A stretch of 32,000 nucleotides of DNA from a cyanobacterium endosymbiont of Braarudosphaera bigelowii. GTDB lineage: Bacteria > Cyanobacteriota > Cyanobacteriia > Cyanobacteriales > Microcystaceae. Of this stretch, positions 19,719 through 28,800 are shown piece by piece. The stretch covers positions 1,170,001 to 1,202,000 of the forward strand of contig NZ_AP024987.1 of the NCBI RefSeq assembly GCF_020885515.1, given 5' to 3'. The notes beneath the pieces were generated by a model that saw nothing but the letters and a program-made list of their open reading frames with translations, was not told the origin of the DNA and did not search any database. Position 1 is the first letter of the stretch. Each line of letters opens with the position of its first letter. Position numbers and translations under genes: made by a program.

Positions 19719-20246
19719 TTAAGATATTGCTAAGCGTTTGTTTAATATTTTAACTCTACGTTTAGCAACTTTATTATCTAAATCATTCTCCAAAGTCTTT
19801 CTATATGTTTCAAGAGCTTTTTCTGTCATTTGTTTCTTTTCATAAGCGTTAGCTAAATTATTAAGCGCAATTATGTATTGAGGATGAAGTTTAATTGCAT
19901 CCTTATAATTACGAATTGCTAAATCTATTTGTTCTTGAGATAAATAACAAAAGCCTAGAGCATTGTATATTAAAGCTTGATTCTCTGGCTCTAAATTTTT
20001 ACCTATTTCAAGTCCTTTATTAAATAAATTAGTTGCCTGAATATATAGTTTTTTATTGAGATATAAACTTCCCAGTTCATAATATTCTTGAGCTGAACCT
20101 TTCTCTTTTTGTAGCTTCTTCTGCAGCTTGTAGAATTGTTTTTCAGTACGAGTAGTTCGTATAGTTTGTAAAACCACAAAAAATCCTAGTGTTCCTAAAA
20201 GTAAGACGACGCCTGACAAATAAATAGCTGGTAGGAGTTCATTCAT
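19719..20246 (-). CDS. ycf37: Small TPR-repeat protein with N-terminal TM helix, Ycf37-like (PSI-associated family)
   Basis: 175 aa. One N-terminal TM helix (LPAIYLSGVVLLLGTLGFFVVL) is followed by about three TPR units (YYELGSLYLNKKLYIQATNLFNKGLEI and following). Size and architecture match my recollection of Ycf37. The TPR call is solid; the Ycf37 orthology is moderate. Confidence 0.55.
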   Translation of the reverse strand: MNELLPAIYLSGVVLLLGTLGFFVVLQTIRTTRTEKQFYKLQKKLQKEKGSAQEYYELGSLYLNKKLYIQATNLFNKGLEIGKNLEPENQALIYNALGFCYLSQEQIDLAIRNYKDAIKLHPQYIIALNNLANAYEKKQMTEKALETYRKTLENDLDNKVAKRRVKILNKRLAIS

Positions 20247-20311
20247 TGTTTTTATCCTTATAATATGACTATTGAATTATACTGTTTTTCAACTAGAAAG
20301 ATGTTTTTTTT

Positions 20312-21097
20312 CTAAGGAAGATCCCAATATTTAATTCGTTGGTTCAACCAGCCAGAAATTTTTAAACGATAGATTGATTGATTAATAAAATTTCGCAAAT
20401 CAGAAGACTTTAAGCCTTTAGGCATTGCGACTCCTAAGCCTTTTGTAGATAACTTTAGCGATAATCTGTGGTATTGTGGGTATTCTTTAATCCATCCTGC
20501 TAAGATACTATTATCTGAAGCGAAAGCATCTACTTCTCCATTTTCCATTAAATTAAGAGCTTCTTTATAAGAATTAACACCGATTAAGTTTATTTTTGGG
20601 AAACTAGAACGAATACTAGAAATAGTATCAGAATAATTAATTACAGCTACTTTTAAGTTAAATAAATCAGATGAATTTTTTATTTGATGGTTATTAGTAA
20701 TAATTCCTGTGCTATCTAAATAGTAATATGGGCTAAAATTAATTAAACGAGAGCGAAAAGAATTAATCGTCATTCTAGCAATTACTATATCTACTTCACC
20801 ATCGATAACTTTTTGTAAACGTTCTTGATTATCAACAATTTTAAAGATTATTGAATCAGCATTACCTAGAATATCTTCAGCCAATTGTTTTGCTAAATCA
20901 ATCTCTAAGCCTTCTAACTGATTTCTACGATTGAGAAAACTTAAGGGACGAGTATTGTCTTTTACAGCAACAATTAGTTTTCCTCGTTCTCTGATTTGTT
21001 CTAAACTAGCAGAATGAACAATATTATAATTTAAACCTAATCTAAAACTAATAATAAAAGTTAAAAATAGCCTGTAAATTTTTAGAGAATTGAACAT
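20312..21097 (-). CDS. Periplasmic solute-binding protein, family 3 (polar amino-acid ABC transporter type)
   Basis: 261 aa with an N-terminal signal-like segment. The SBP_bac_3-like pattern includes LIVAVKDNTRPLSF, GLEIDLAKQLA, DIVIARMTIN and VDAFASDNSILAGW. No permease or ATPase gene is adjacent. Confidence 0.8.
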   Translation of the reverse strand: MFNSLKIYRLFLTFIISFRLGLNYNIVHSASLEQIRERGKLIVAVKDNTRPLSFLNRRNQLEGLEIDLAKQLAEDILGNADSIIFKIVDNQERLQKVIDGEVDIVIARMTINSFRSRLINFSPYYYLDSTGIITNNHQIKNSSDLFNLKVAVINYSDTISSIRSSFPKINLIGVNSYKEALNLMENGEVDAFASDNSILAGWIKEYPQYHRLSLKLSTKGLGVAMPKGLKSSDLRNFINQSIYRLKISGWLNQRIKYWDLP

Positions 21098-21355
21098 TGA
21101 GGTCTTGATTTAAAAGAATAAATCATACTTTGAAAAATTGACATTGTTAAACTAAAAATAGATTATCTAAAAATTATGACTTTTTACAACTTTTCTATTA
21201 TCTAAGATAATTATTTTTTTAGCACAGAAGATAGAGCTTCATTTTAACCATAAAAAAGTTTACTTTCAGCTAGATCAGCCAATATAGTCAGCAATAAATT
21301 TAGAATTAAACATTACTATAAAAAGCAAGTATTTAAGATTTTAACCTATTGGTAT

Positions 21356-21401
21356 TAACAAGATTTATTCTCTAGTGCAAAAATCTTGTTACTCGAGTAA
21401 C
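21356..21401 (-). terminator. Two overlapping hairpins downstream of the repeat-protein ORF
   Basis: taacaagattt (21356-21366) is the exact reverse complement of aaatcttgtta (21381-21391), with a 14-nt loop. Its right arm overlaps by 4 nt a perfect 14-bp palindrome gttactcgagtaac (21388-21401). The region lies 41-86 nt after the stop of the 21442..21801 ORF on the minus strand. Any terminator role is tentative. Confidence 0.35.
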
Positions 21402-21441
21402 TTTAATCTAAATTCTAAGCCAAAAAAATTAACTATCTTTA

Positions 21442-21801
21442 TTATTTGTCAGTGTAATGATGAAGTTCTGATTTAATTTCCATAGAACTAAATTGTAATC
21501 TTTCTAAATCAAATAAAGACATTGATTCTATACCAAAAGAAGCAATTCCCATACTTACTAATCCTGTAGCTACTGTACCCATTGCTACAGTACCAAAAGA
21601 AATAAGTCCCATAGGGACAATCCCTATAGCGATAATTCCCATAGGTGCTATTCCAATAGAAATATAGCCAGTAGGACTAATACCAATAGAAATTAATTTA
21701 TTTTTTTTTGTACCACATTCTCCCATCGGTTGAACGTCAACAATTTTTTCCGTTCTTAATTTAGACATCATAAAATCTACTATAGTAAAACAATTTATCA
21801 C
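21442..21801 (-). CDS. Hypothetical small protein with 11 tandem Gly-initiated hydrophobic pentads
   Basis: 119-codon ORF in stop-rich AT-rich DNA. Residues 40-94 read GISPT GYISI GIAPM GIIAI GIVPM GLISF GTVAM GTVAT GLVSM GIASF GIESM. The DNA shows 30/60-nt periodicity. The true start may be M11/M12 or M26. I recognise no family. Confidence 0.6.
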   Translation of the reverse strand: MINCFTIVDFMMSKLRTEKIVDVQPMGECGTKKNKLISIGISPTGYISIGIAPMGIIAIGIVPMGLISFGTVAMGTVATGLVSMGIASFGIESMSLFDLERLQFSSMEIKSELHHYTDK

Positions 21802-22031
21802 ATCATATTCTACTTATAAGTATCTAAAATCGTCAAAAGACACTACACAAAACTTATTAGGCGATGTGTAATTGTTAAAAATATCTCAAATAATCTCGTT
21901 TTATAAAAATTAAAAAGCTTAAAATAATTACTTTATTTAAAAGTTTGTAATAGGAAATTTAAAATTTCTATTAATTAGAAAATAAATTTTCTATAATCTA
22001 ACTACTATAGACATTGTCAATAATATTTCAA

Positions 22032-23405
22032 ATGATTAGATCAGGAAGCACAATTGCAGGAATTGCAACAGCGATAGTCCCCGAAGAAGGAAGTGTTGGT
22101 ATAGTCCGTTTATCAGGAGATGAAGCCTATACTATTGCAAAAAAAATATTTACAGCTCCTGGAAAGCAGAAATGGGAATCCCACAAAGTTCTTTATGGTT
22201 ATATTTCTTCTCCAAAAAATCTACAGGTTATAGATGAAGCTTTACTAATATTAATGCTAGCTCCTCGTTCTTATACGCGTGAAAATGTTGTGGAATTTCA
22301 TTGTCATGGAGGAATAATAGTAGTTCAGCAGGTTTTGCAGTTATGCTTAGAAGAAGGAGCTATATTAGCGGAACCTGGAGAATTCACGCTAAGAGCCTTT
22401 CTTAACGGTAGAATTGATCTAACTCAAGCTGAAAGTATTTTAGAGTTAGTTGGAGCAAAATCACCTTTAGCTTCTCAGATAGCAATGGCAGGAATACAAG
22501 GAAAATTGTCTGATCCTATTAAGAAATTACGTCTTGATTGTTTAGAGTTACTTTCTGAAATTGAATCAAGAATAGACTTCGAAGAAGATTTATTGCCATT
22601 AAGTCAAACTTTAATTTTAGAAAGAATACATAATTTCTTAAATAGAGTCGAAAATTTATTATCAACTTCTAACACTGGAGAACTTTTACGAAGTGGACTT
22701 AAAGTTGCTATCATAGGTCGTCCTAATGTAGGTAAGTCAAGTCTTTTGAATGCTTGGAGTAGAACTAATCGAGCTATTGTAACTGATTTACCTGGAACAA
22801 CTAGAGACATAATAGAATCTAACTTAATAATTAAAGATATACCTGTTAAGGTATTAGATACAGCTGGAATTAGAAGTACAGATGATCAAATAGAAAAAAT
22901 TGGTGTTCAGCGAACACATCTTGCCGCAAGTCAAGCTGACCTCATCCTATTGACGATTGATGCCAAAGTAGGTTGGACTAAAAACGAAATAGAAATTTAT
23001 GAAAAGATAGAACATCTTCCAATGATATTAATAGTTAACAAGATTGACTTGGCTACTCCTGATCTATCTATGATTCCTTCAAAAATTCAAGAAGTCATTA
23101 AAATCTCTGCTATAAAACATTCAGGAATTGATTTAATTGAAGAAGCTATTTTAAATTTTATTAATAAGAAAAGTTTAATAGCAAAAAATATTGACTTTAC
23201 CATTAATCAAAGACAGTTAGAAATTTTGATACGTGTTAAATTGGCTTTCGAAGATATCGTAAAGACAATTAATGATGAACTTCCATTAGATTTTATAACA
23301 ATTGATTTACGATCTGCTATTAAAATATTAGGAGAAATTACAGGAGATGATGTAACAGAAAGTTTGTTAAGTAAAATATTTAGTACTTTCTGTATTGGTA
23401 AATAA
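22032..23405 (+). CDS. mnmE: tRNA uridine-5-carboxymethylaminomethyl modification GTPase MnmE (TrmE)
   Basis: TIAGIATA...[10 protein letters not shown] at the N-terminus, the G domain [12 protein letters not shown] / DTAG / NKID, and the C-terminal FCIGK identify MnmE. The ORF track starts at TTG 22014. ATG 22032 gives the canonical N-terminus. Confidence 0.93.
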   Translation: MIRSGSTIAGIATAIVPEEGSVGIVRLSGDEAYTIAKKIFTAPGKQKWESHKVLYGYISSPKNLQVIDEALLILMLAPRSYTRENVVEFHCHGGIIVVQQVLQLCLEEGAILAEPGEFTLRAFLNGRIDLTQAESILELVGAKSPLASQIAMAGIQGKLSDPIKKLRLDCLELLSEIESRIDFEEDLLPLSQTLILERIHNFLNRVENLLSTSNTGELLRSGLKVAIIGRPNVGKSSLLNAWSRTNRAIVTDLPGTTRDIIESNLIIKDIPVKVLDTAGIRSTDDQIEKIGVQRTHLAASQADLILLTIDAKVGWTKNEIEIYEKIEHLPMILIVNKIDLATPDLSMIPSKIQEVIKISAIKHSGIDLIEEAILNFINKKSLIAKNIDFTINQRQLEILIRVKLAFEDIVKTINDELPLDFITIDLRSAIKILGEITGDDVTESLLSKIFSTFCIGK

Positions 23406-23532
23406 ATATATTCTTATCTAAAAAATTATAAATATTAATTAGAATAAATTAATAAATGAGAAATAAGGATAATAAATAATACATATTTCAAAATCATCAA
23501 AAAGATATTATTACTAGTACACTTTCAAATTT

Positions 23533-24585
23533 CTATTTTTGTTGTAAAGAATTGAAACTTTGTATTTCTTTCTCTATTTTTTCCTTGCTTAACTTATTTC
23601 CAATTAACACCAATTTAGTTTCCTTTGGCTCGTTAAAATTCCAAAAACGATCATAAAAGGTATTAAAACGATTTCCTACTCCTTGTAGAACTAAACGCAT
23701 AGGCTTATGGGCAACATGGATAAATCCTTTAATACGATAAATTTCATGATTTTCGACTAATTTAGATAAAATATTAATTAATATTTTTGGTTCATACGCT
23801 TTAGAGGTAATAATTGTAATTGCATTAATATTATCATCATGATGATGCTCTTCACTATCATGGTGAGTAGGTCGACTCTCTAAATTCTCTTCCACATGTG
23901 CATTGAACCCCAATAGAATATCTATATTAATTTTTCCTTGATGGCATGCAATTATTTTTACACCATTTCTTAACTTACTTGATAGCCAATTTTTTATGAT
24001 TGATAATTCTTTCTCATCTACTAAATCACATTTAGTCAATAAAACCAAATCTGCGCAGGTTAGTTGATCTTCAAATAATTCCTCAATAGGAGTTTCATGT
24101 TCTATGTTATGGTCTTCATCTCTTTGAAGTGTTAAAGAATTTAAATTACTTACAAATTTACCACAAGTTAATGCTTCACAATCTACTACAGTTACAACAC
24201 CATCTACTGTAGTACTGTTCCTAATCTCTGGCCATTTAAAAGCTTGAATCAAAGGTTTGGGCAACGCAAGACCAGAAGTCTCGATAAGAATACAATCCAA
24301 TGAATCTCGGCGTTCTAAAAGTTTTTCAATACTAGGATAAAACTCTTCTTGAACTGTACAACATAAACATCCATTTTTAAGCTCTATAATATTATTCTCA
24401 GGATTTTCACCTTCTTCACAAATCTGACAATCTTTTAATATTTCTCCATCAACTCCTACTTCTCCAAACTCGTTAACTAAAACAGCAATACGACGTCTTT
24501 TATTATTTTGTAACAAATGTCGAATTATAGTAGTTTTTCCAGAACCAAGAAATCCCGTTATTATTGTAGCTGGTATTTTATGCAT
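23533..24585 (-). CDS. COG0523/CobW-family G3E GTPase (putative metallochaperone)
   Basis: 350 aa. It has the P-loop GFLGSGKTT, the metal-binding GCLCC (CxCC) motif, a His/Asp/Glu-rich insert THHDSEEHHHDDN, and a CobW_C-like C-terminus. Confidence 0.85.
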   Translation of the reverse strand: MHKIPATIITGFLGSGKTTIIRHLLQNNKRRRIAVLVNEFGEVGVDGEILKDCQICEEGENPENNIIELKNGCLCCTVQEEFYPSIEKLLERRDSLDCILIETSGLALPKPLIQAFKWPEIRNSTTVDGVVTVVDCEALTCGKFVSNLNSLTLQRDEDHNIEHETPIEELFEDQLTCADLVLLTKCDLVDEKELSIIKNWLSSKLRNGVKIIACHQGKINIDILLGFNAHVEENLESRPTHHDSEEHHHDDNINAITIITSKAYEPKILINILSKLVENHEIYRIKGFIHVAHKPMRLVLQGVGNRFNTFYDRFWNFNEPKETKLVLIGNKLSKEKIEKEIQSFNSLQQK

Positions 24586-24734
24586 AAATTAGTATTAGTA
24601 AGTTTCTTGTAAATTAGTATAATTTATAATGTCCTCAATAATTTTATTAATTCCCTTTTTAAGTAAATAGTAATTAAATATAAAAAGTTTTTTTAAACAT
24701 AATTAACTATTTGACTTATTGATACTAAATATAT

Positions 24735-25511
24735 CTAACTAAAATTATCTTTAAGTTGTCTGATTTTCTGAAATATTTCAATAGGGTTATTGGTTTTAAA
24801 TATTTTTCGTAAAGATGGATAATCACATCTTAAGAAGGGATTAGTTTCTTTCTCTTCTTGTAAAAAAGATGGAATAGTAGCTTGGTTATTCTTACGAAGA
24901 TTAATTACTTTATCATAACGAAGAAGTAAATTATGATTATCTTTCTCAATAGTCAAAGCAAATTTAAGATTATTCACTGTATATTCATGAGAACACCAAA
25001 TACGAGTTTTATTTGGTAATGTTCTTAGCTTTATTAGCGAGTTATACATTTGTTCAGCAGTTCCTTCAAATAAACGTCCACATCCTCCTGCAAATAATGT
25101 ATCCCCACAAAATAATTCTCCTGTTTCTTGATGAGAGCTTGGGGGAAAGTAATATGCAATATGACCGTTGGTATGACCAGGAATGAAAAAAATTTCAGCA
25201 TTTTTGTTAGCAAAATTGAATTGATCACCCTCTCTCAAATAATGATTTTGACCTGGAATTCGTCCTTTATCTTGTTCACTTCCATAAATCGAAACATAGG
25301 GAAATTGTTCTATTAACTTCTTGTTTGCTCCTATGTGGTCTTGATGGTGATGAGTATTTAAAATTGCTACTAATCTTGTTCTTGATTTTTTTAAATAATC
25401 AAGAACTACGCGATAATTAGCTGGATCTATCACAACAGAGGTTTTATCTTTAAAATTCTGCACTACAAAAATGTAATTATCTGATAAAGCTGGCAAGCAC
25501 TTAATGTACAT
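24735..25511 (-). CDS. gloB: Hydroxyacylglutathione hydrolase (glyoxalase II), metallo-beta-lactamase fold
   Basis: THHHQDH metal motif, GHTNGH, CGDTLFAGGCGR and NPFLR are typical of GloB. The ORF is open to 25550, but ATG at 25511 (MYIKCLPALSDNYIFVV) matches the canonical GloB N-terminus. Confidence 0.88.
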   Translation of the reverse strand: MYIKCLPALSDNYIFVVQNFKDKTSVVIDPANYRVVLDYLKKSRTRLVAILNTHHHQDHIGANKKLIEQFPYVSIYGSEQDKGRIPGQNHYLREGDQFNFANKNAEIFFIPGHTNGHIAYYFPPSSHQETGELFCGDTLFAGGCGRLFEGTAEQMYNSLIKLRTLPNKTRIWCSHEYTVNNLKFALTIEKDNHNLLLRYDKVINLRKNNQATIPSFLQEEKETNPFLRCDYPSLRKIFKTNNPIEIFQKIRQLKDNFS

Positions 25512-25575
25512 AATGATATTTATTCTTAAAGTTTGACACATTAGGATCATTGTTTAAAATGAAAATAATACGAGA

Positions 25576-25595
25576 AACTAGATAATTATCTAGTT
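25576..25595. promoter_or_regulatory. Perfect 20-bp palindrome in the gloB/GH38 divergent spacer (candidate dimeric-regulator operator)
   Basis: aactagataattatctagtt is identical to its own reverse complement. It lies 65 nt upstream of the preferred gloB start and 207 nt upstream of the GH38 start. Confidence 0.5.
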
Positions 25596-25627
25596 AGTCA
25601 TAAAAATCGAAAAATTTAAGGTAATAC

Positions 25628-25671
25628 TTCCATTTAATGAATTAAAGATAAGTTTTATTTATTAAATGGAA
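25628..25671. repeat. 11-bp perfect inverted repeat with 22-nt spacer
   Basis: ttccatttaat (25628-25638) is the exact reverse complement of attaaatggaa (25661-25671). It is in the same divergent spacer as the 20-bp palindrome. Confidence 0.4.
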
Positions 25672-25801
25672 AAAGGTTTAATTATTTGTTCATAATAAAA
25701 ATATTTTTCAAGAATTATTTTAGAAGCTAAAAATAAAAGTATTCCGAGATAGTATTTGGCTTATATTAAGTAGTTAAGATTTTTTAAACATTCTTTTATA
25801 A

Positions 25802-28800
25802 ATGAAAGTCCCTGAATTTACTCAAAAACTTCGTCAACTTACAACTGTTAATATCCAAAATAATTGGTTTACAAATTCAGAGGAAGTAAAAACAAATATA
25901 ATTGATTTTACTGACTTAGACTTGATGGTAGTAGATAAAAAAGAATTTTTAACTTGGAATGCAGGTAGTCAAACAAAGTGGTTAATACAAGAAATTATTA
26001 TTCAAGAATCTTTGAATGGATACTGTTTAAAAGGATTTTCTTTAAGGTTATCATTAACTTGGTGGGCAGAGAAAGTTCAAATATTTGTTAATAAAAAACT
26101 AGTACAAGTAGGAGATTTATTTGATTCCTCAGCAAGAATTTTACTAACATCTTCAGTTAAGAAGGAACGAAAAATTGTCGTTTCTTTATGTTTAACTAGT
26201 CCCAGCCATGATATTGGGGCGTTAATGAAATCTCAACTTATTTATGAAAAAAATCATCATTTAATTGATCCAGGATTTCTTGCTGACGAAATAGATATAC
26301 TCTATAAGTATTTATATACGTTTAAACCTAACAAGGTTAACTTTTTAGAGAAACAAATTAATAGATTTGATTGGACAAGTATAAATAATTCTGAACATTT
26401 CAATAATCAAATATATCAGATGCGTTGGAAACTAATGTCGTTAAGTAATGATATTAAAAAACGTAACTTTAATATCCTTGGACATGCACATCTCGATATG
26501 GCTTGGTTATGGACAATCAATGAAACTTGGGAAATAGGAAAGCGAACTTTCCAGTCAGTAATAAACCTACAGAATGATTTTAAAGATTTAACATTTTGTC
26601 ATACTTCTCCTGCTCTCTATGAATGGATCGAAAAAAAACAGCCTGATCTTTTTCAAGAAATTATGACACAGTCCAGGAAAAATAAATGGGAGGTATTAGG
26701 AGGAATGTGGATTGAACCAGAAGTCAATTTAGTATCTGGAGAATCTCTTGTAAGACAAGTATTATATGGGCAGAGGTATATTAAAGAAAAATTTGGAGAA
26801 ACTACCAAGGTTGCTTGGTTACCAGATAGTTTTGGTTTTTGTTTACAGTTGCCACAAATATTTAAATTAAGTGAAATAGATTATTTTGTTACCGGAAAGT
26901 TACACTGGGGACGTTCTGTAAAATTTCCTCATAGTATTTTTTGGTGGAAATCTCTTGATGGCACCAAAATATTGACATTAATGTCTCCACCAAATACAGA
27001 AGGTGTAGTAAATACTAAGCCTGGAACTATGACAGATTACAGTGTTCAATGGGAAAAAGAGACTCAGCTAAAGGAAATTTTTTGGATTCCAGGGATAGGA
27101 GATCATGGTGGTGGACCAACGCGCGATATGCTAAAAGTTGTTAATCGCTGGAGTAGATCTCCTTTTTTTCCTAATATTACTTTTACTACTGCTAAAAAAT
27201 ACTTAGACAAAGTTTTCAATATCATAAAAAATGAACTTAATATTCCAACTTGGGATGATGAACTATACTTGGATTTACATCGAGGTTGTTATACAACTCA
27301 TGCAGATCAAAAATATTTTAATCGTCGTACCGAAGAATTATTATATAAAGCAGAACTTTGGGTATCTATCAGTTCTATTATTGATAATAAATCTGTTAGT
27401 GAAAATACTAGGAACAGTATACAATCTGCATGGAAGCAAACTTTACTAAATCAGTTTCATGATATATTGCCAGGAACTTCTACGAGTGATGTATTTATAG
27501 AAGCTAACAAAGGATGGAAAAAAACAAAGTCAATCGCAGAAGAAGTCCTAAACAAAGCTCTTAGAAAGATCGTATCTTATATAGAATATCCACCAGCTCC
27601 ACATATTTTTGCCAAACCCATTGTTATTTTTAACCATTTAAACTGGGAAAGATCTGAGGTCATTGAACTTGATACTCAAGGTGATAAGTATGAAGTCTTT
27701 GATCTCAACCACAATAAATTGTGTATTCAAATGTCACATAGTAATAAATTATTATTTTGTGCTGATAATATTCCATCTATCGGATATAAAATCTTTTGGA
27801 TAATTCCTTCTAATAAAGTTACATATACCAAGACAAAAGTTACAGAAGAAAAAGATTGTAATTTTACTTTAGAGAATAGTTTCTTAATGGTAGAAATTAG
27901 TAGAGAAACAGGGAATATTGCAACAATCTATGATAAGGTCAATCATTGTAATGTTCTAAAAACAGAAGGTAATCAATTAGAAAGTTTTCAGGATAAAGGA
28001 CAGTATTGGGATGCTTGGAATATTGATCCAGAATATAATAAATATCCTTTGCCTAATGCAACATTGAAATTTATTGAGGTTTTAGAAAAAGGTCCTATTC
28101 AATGGAAAATAAGAGTCATTAAAAAGATAGGACAATCTCAATTTATTCAAGATTATATATTACAGATAAATTCTTCTATCTTAGAGATTGAAACTACTGT
28201 TGATTGGAAAGAAACATATGTATTAGTTAAAGCTTCTTTTCATTTTAGTATTAGAGGTGATTATACTAGTTATGAAATTCCTTTTGGTTCTATAAAAAGA
28301 ACAAACCTGTCTAAAACAAGTTATGAAAAATCAAAATGGGAAGTTCCAAGTTTGAGATGGGCTGATATTACTGACAACAATAATAGTTACGGAGTTAGCT
28401 TACTAAATGATTGCAAATATGGTTATGATAGCAGGAATGACTTGTTAAGATTAACTTTATTAAAAAGTCCCAGATGGCCTGACTCGAATTGTGACAAAGG
28501 AATTCATCAGTTTAGTTATGCTATTTATCCCCATAAAGGTACTACAAAAGAGGCAAAAACTATTCATAAGGCACATGAATTTAATATGCCTTTACAAGTC
28601 ATTAGAATTAACAGTCAGTATAAATGCAGAGCTAAGTTACCTCCTGTTTTCTCAGGGATAAGTATCAATAATGATAACTTAATTCTGTCTGCATTTAAAC
28701 CTTCAGAAGATAAGAAATATAATTATATACTAAGGTGTTACGAATCTGAGGGAGAAAAAACGAATATAGATTTCAGAAGTGATCTAGAGTTAAGATTAGA

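Noticed and set aside
22604-22810. 68-aa - strand ORF inside mnmE
   Set aside because: It is antisense to the MnmE G-domain.
25034-25316. ORFs 25034..25228 (-) and 25128..25316 (+) inside gloB
   Set aside because: These are alternate or antisense frames of a well-supported gloB.
27231-27449. 72-aa + strand alternate-frame ORF inside the GH38 gene
   Set aside because: It is out of frame with the conserved GH38 sequence, and its translation is Ile/Leu/Tyr-rich with no recognisable motifs.
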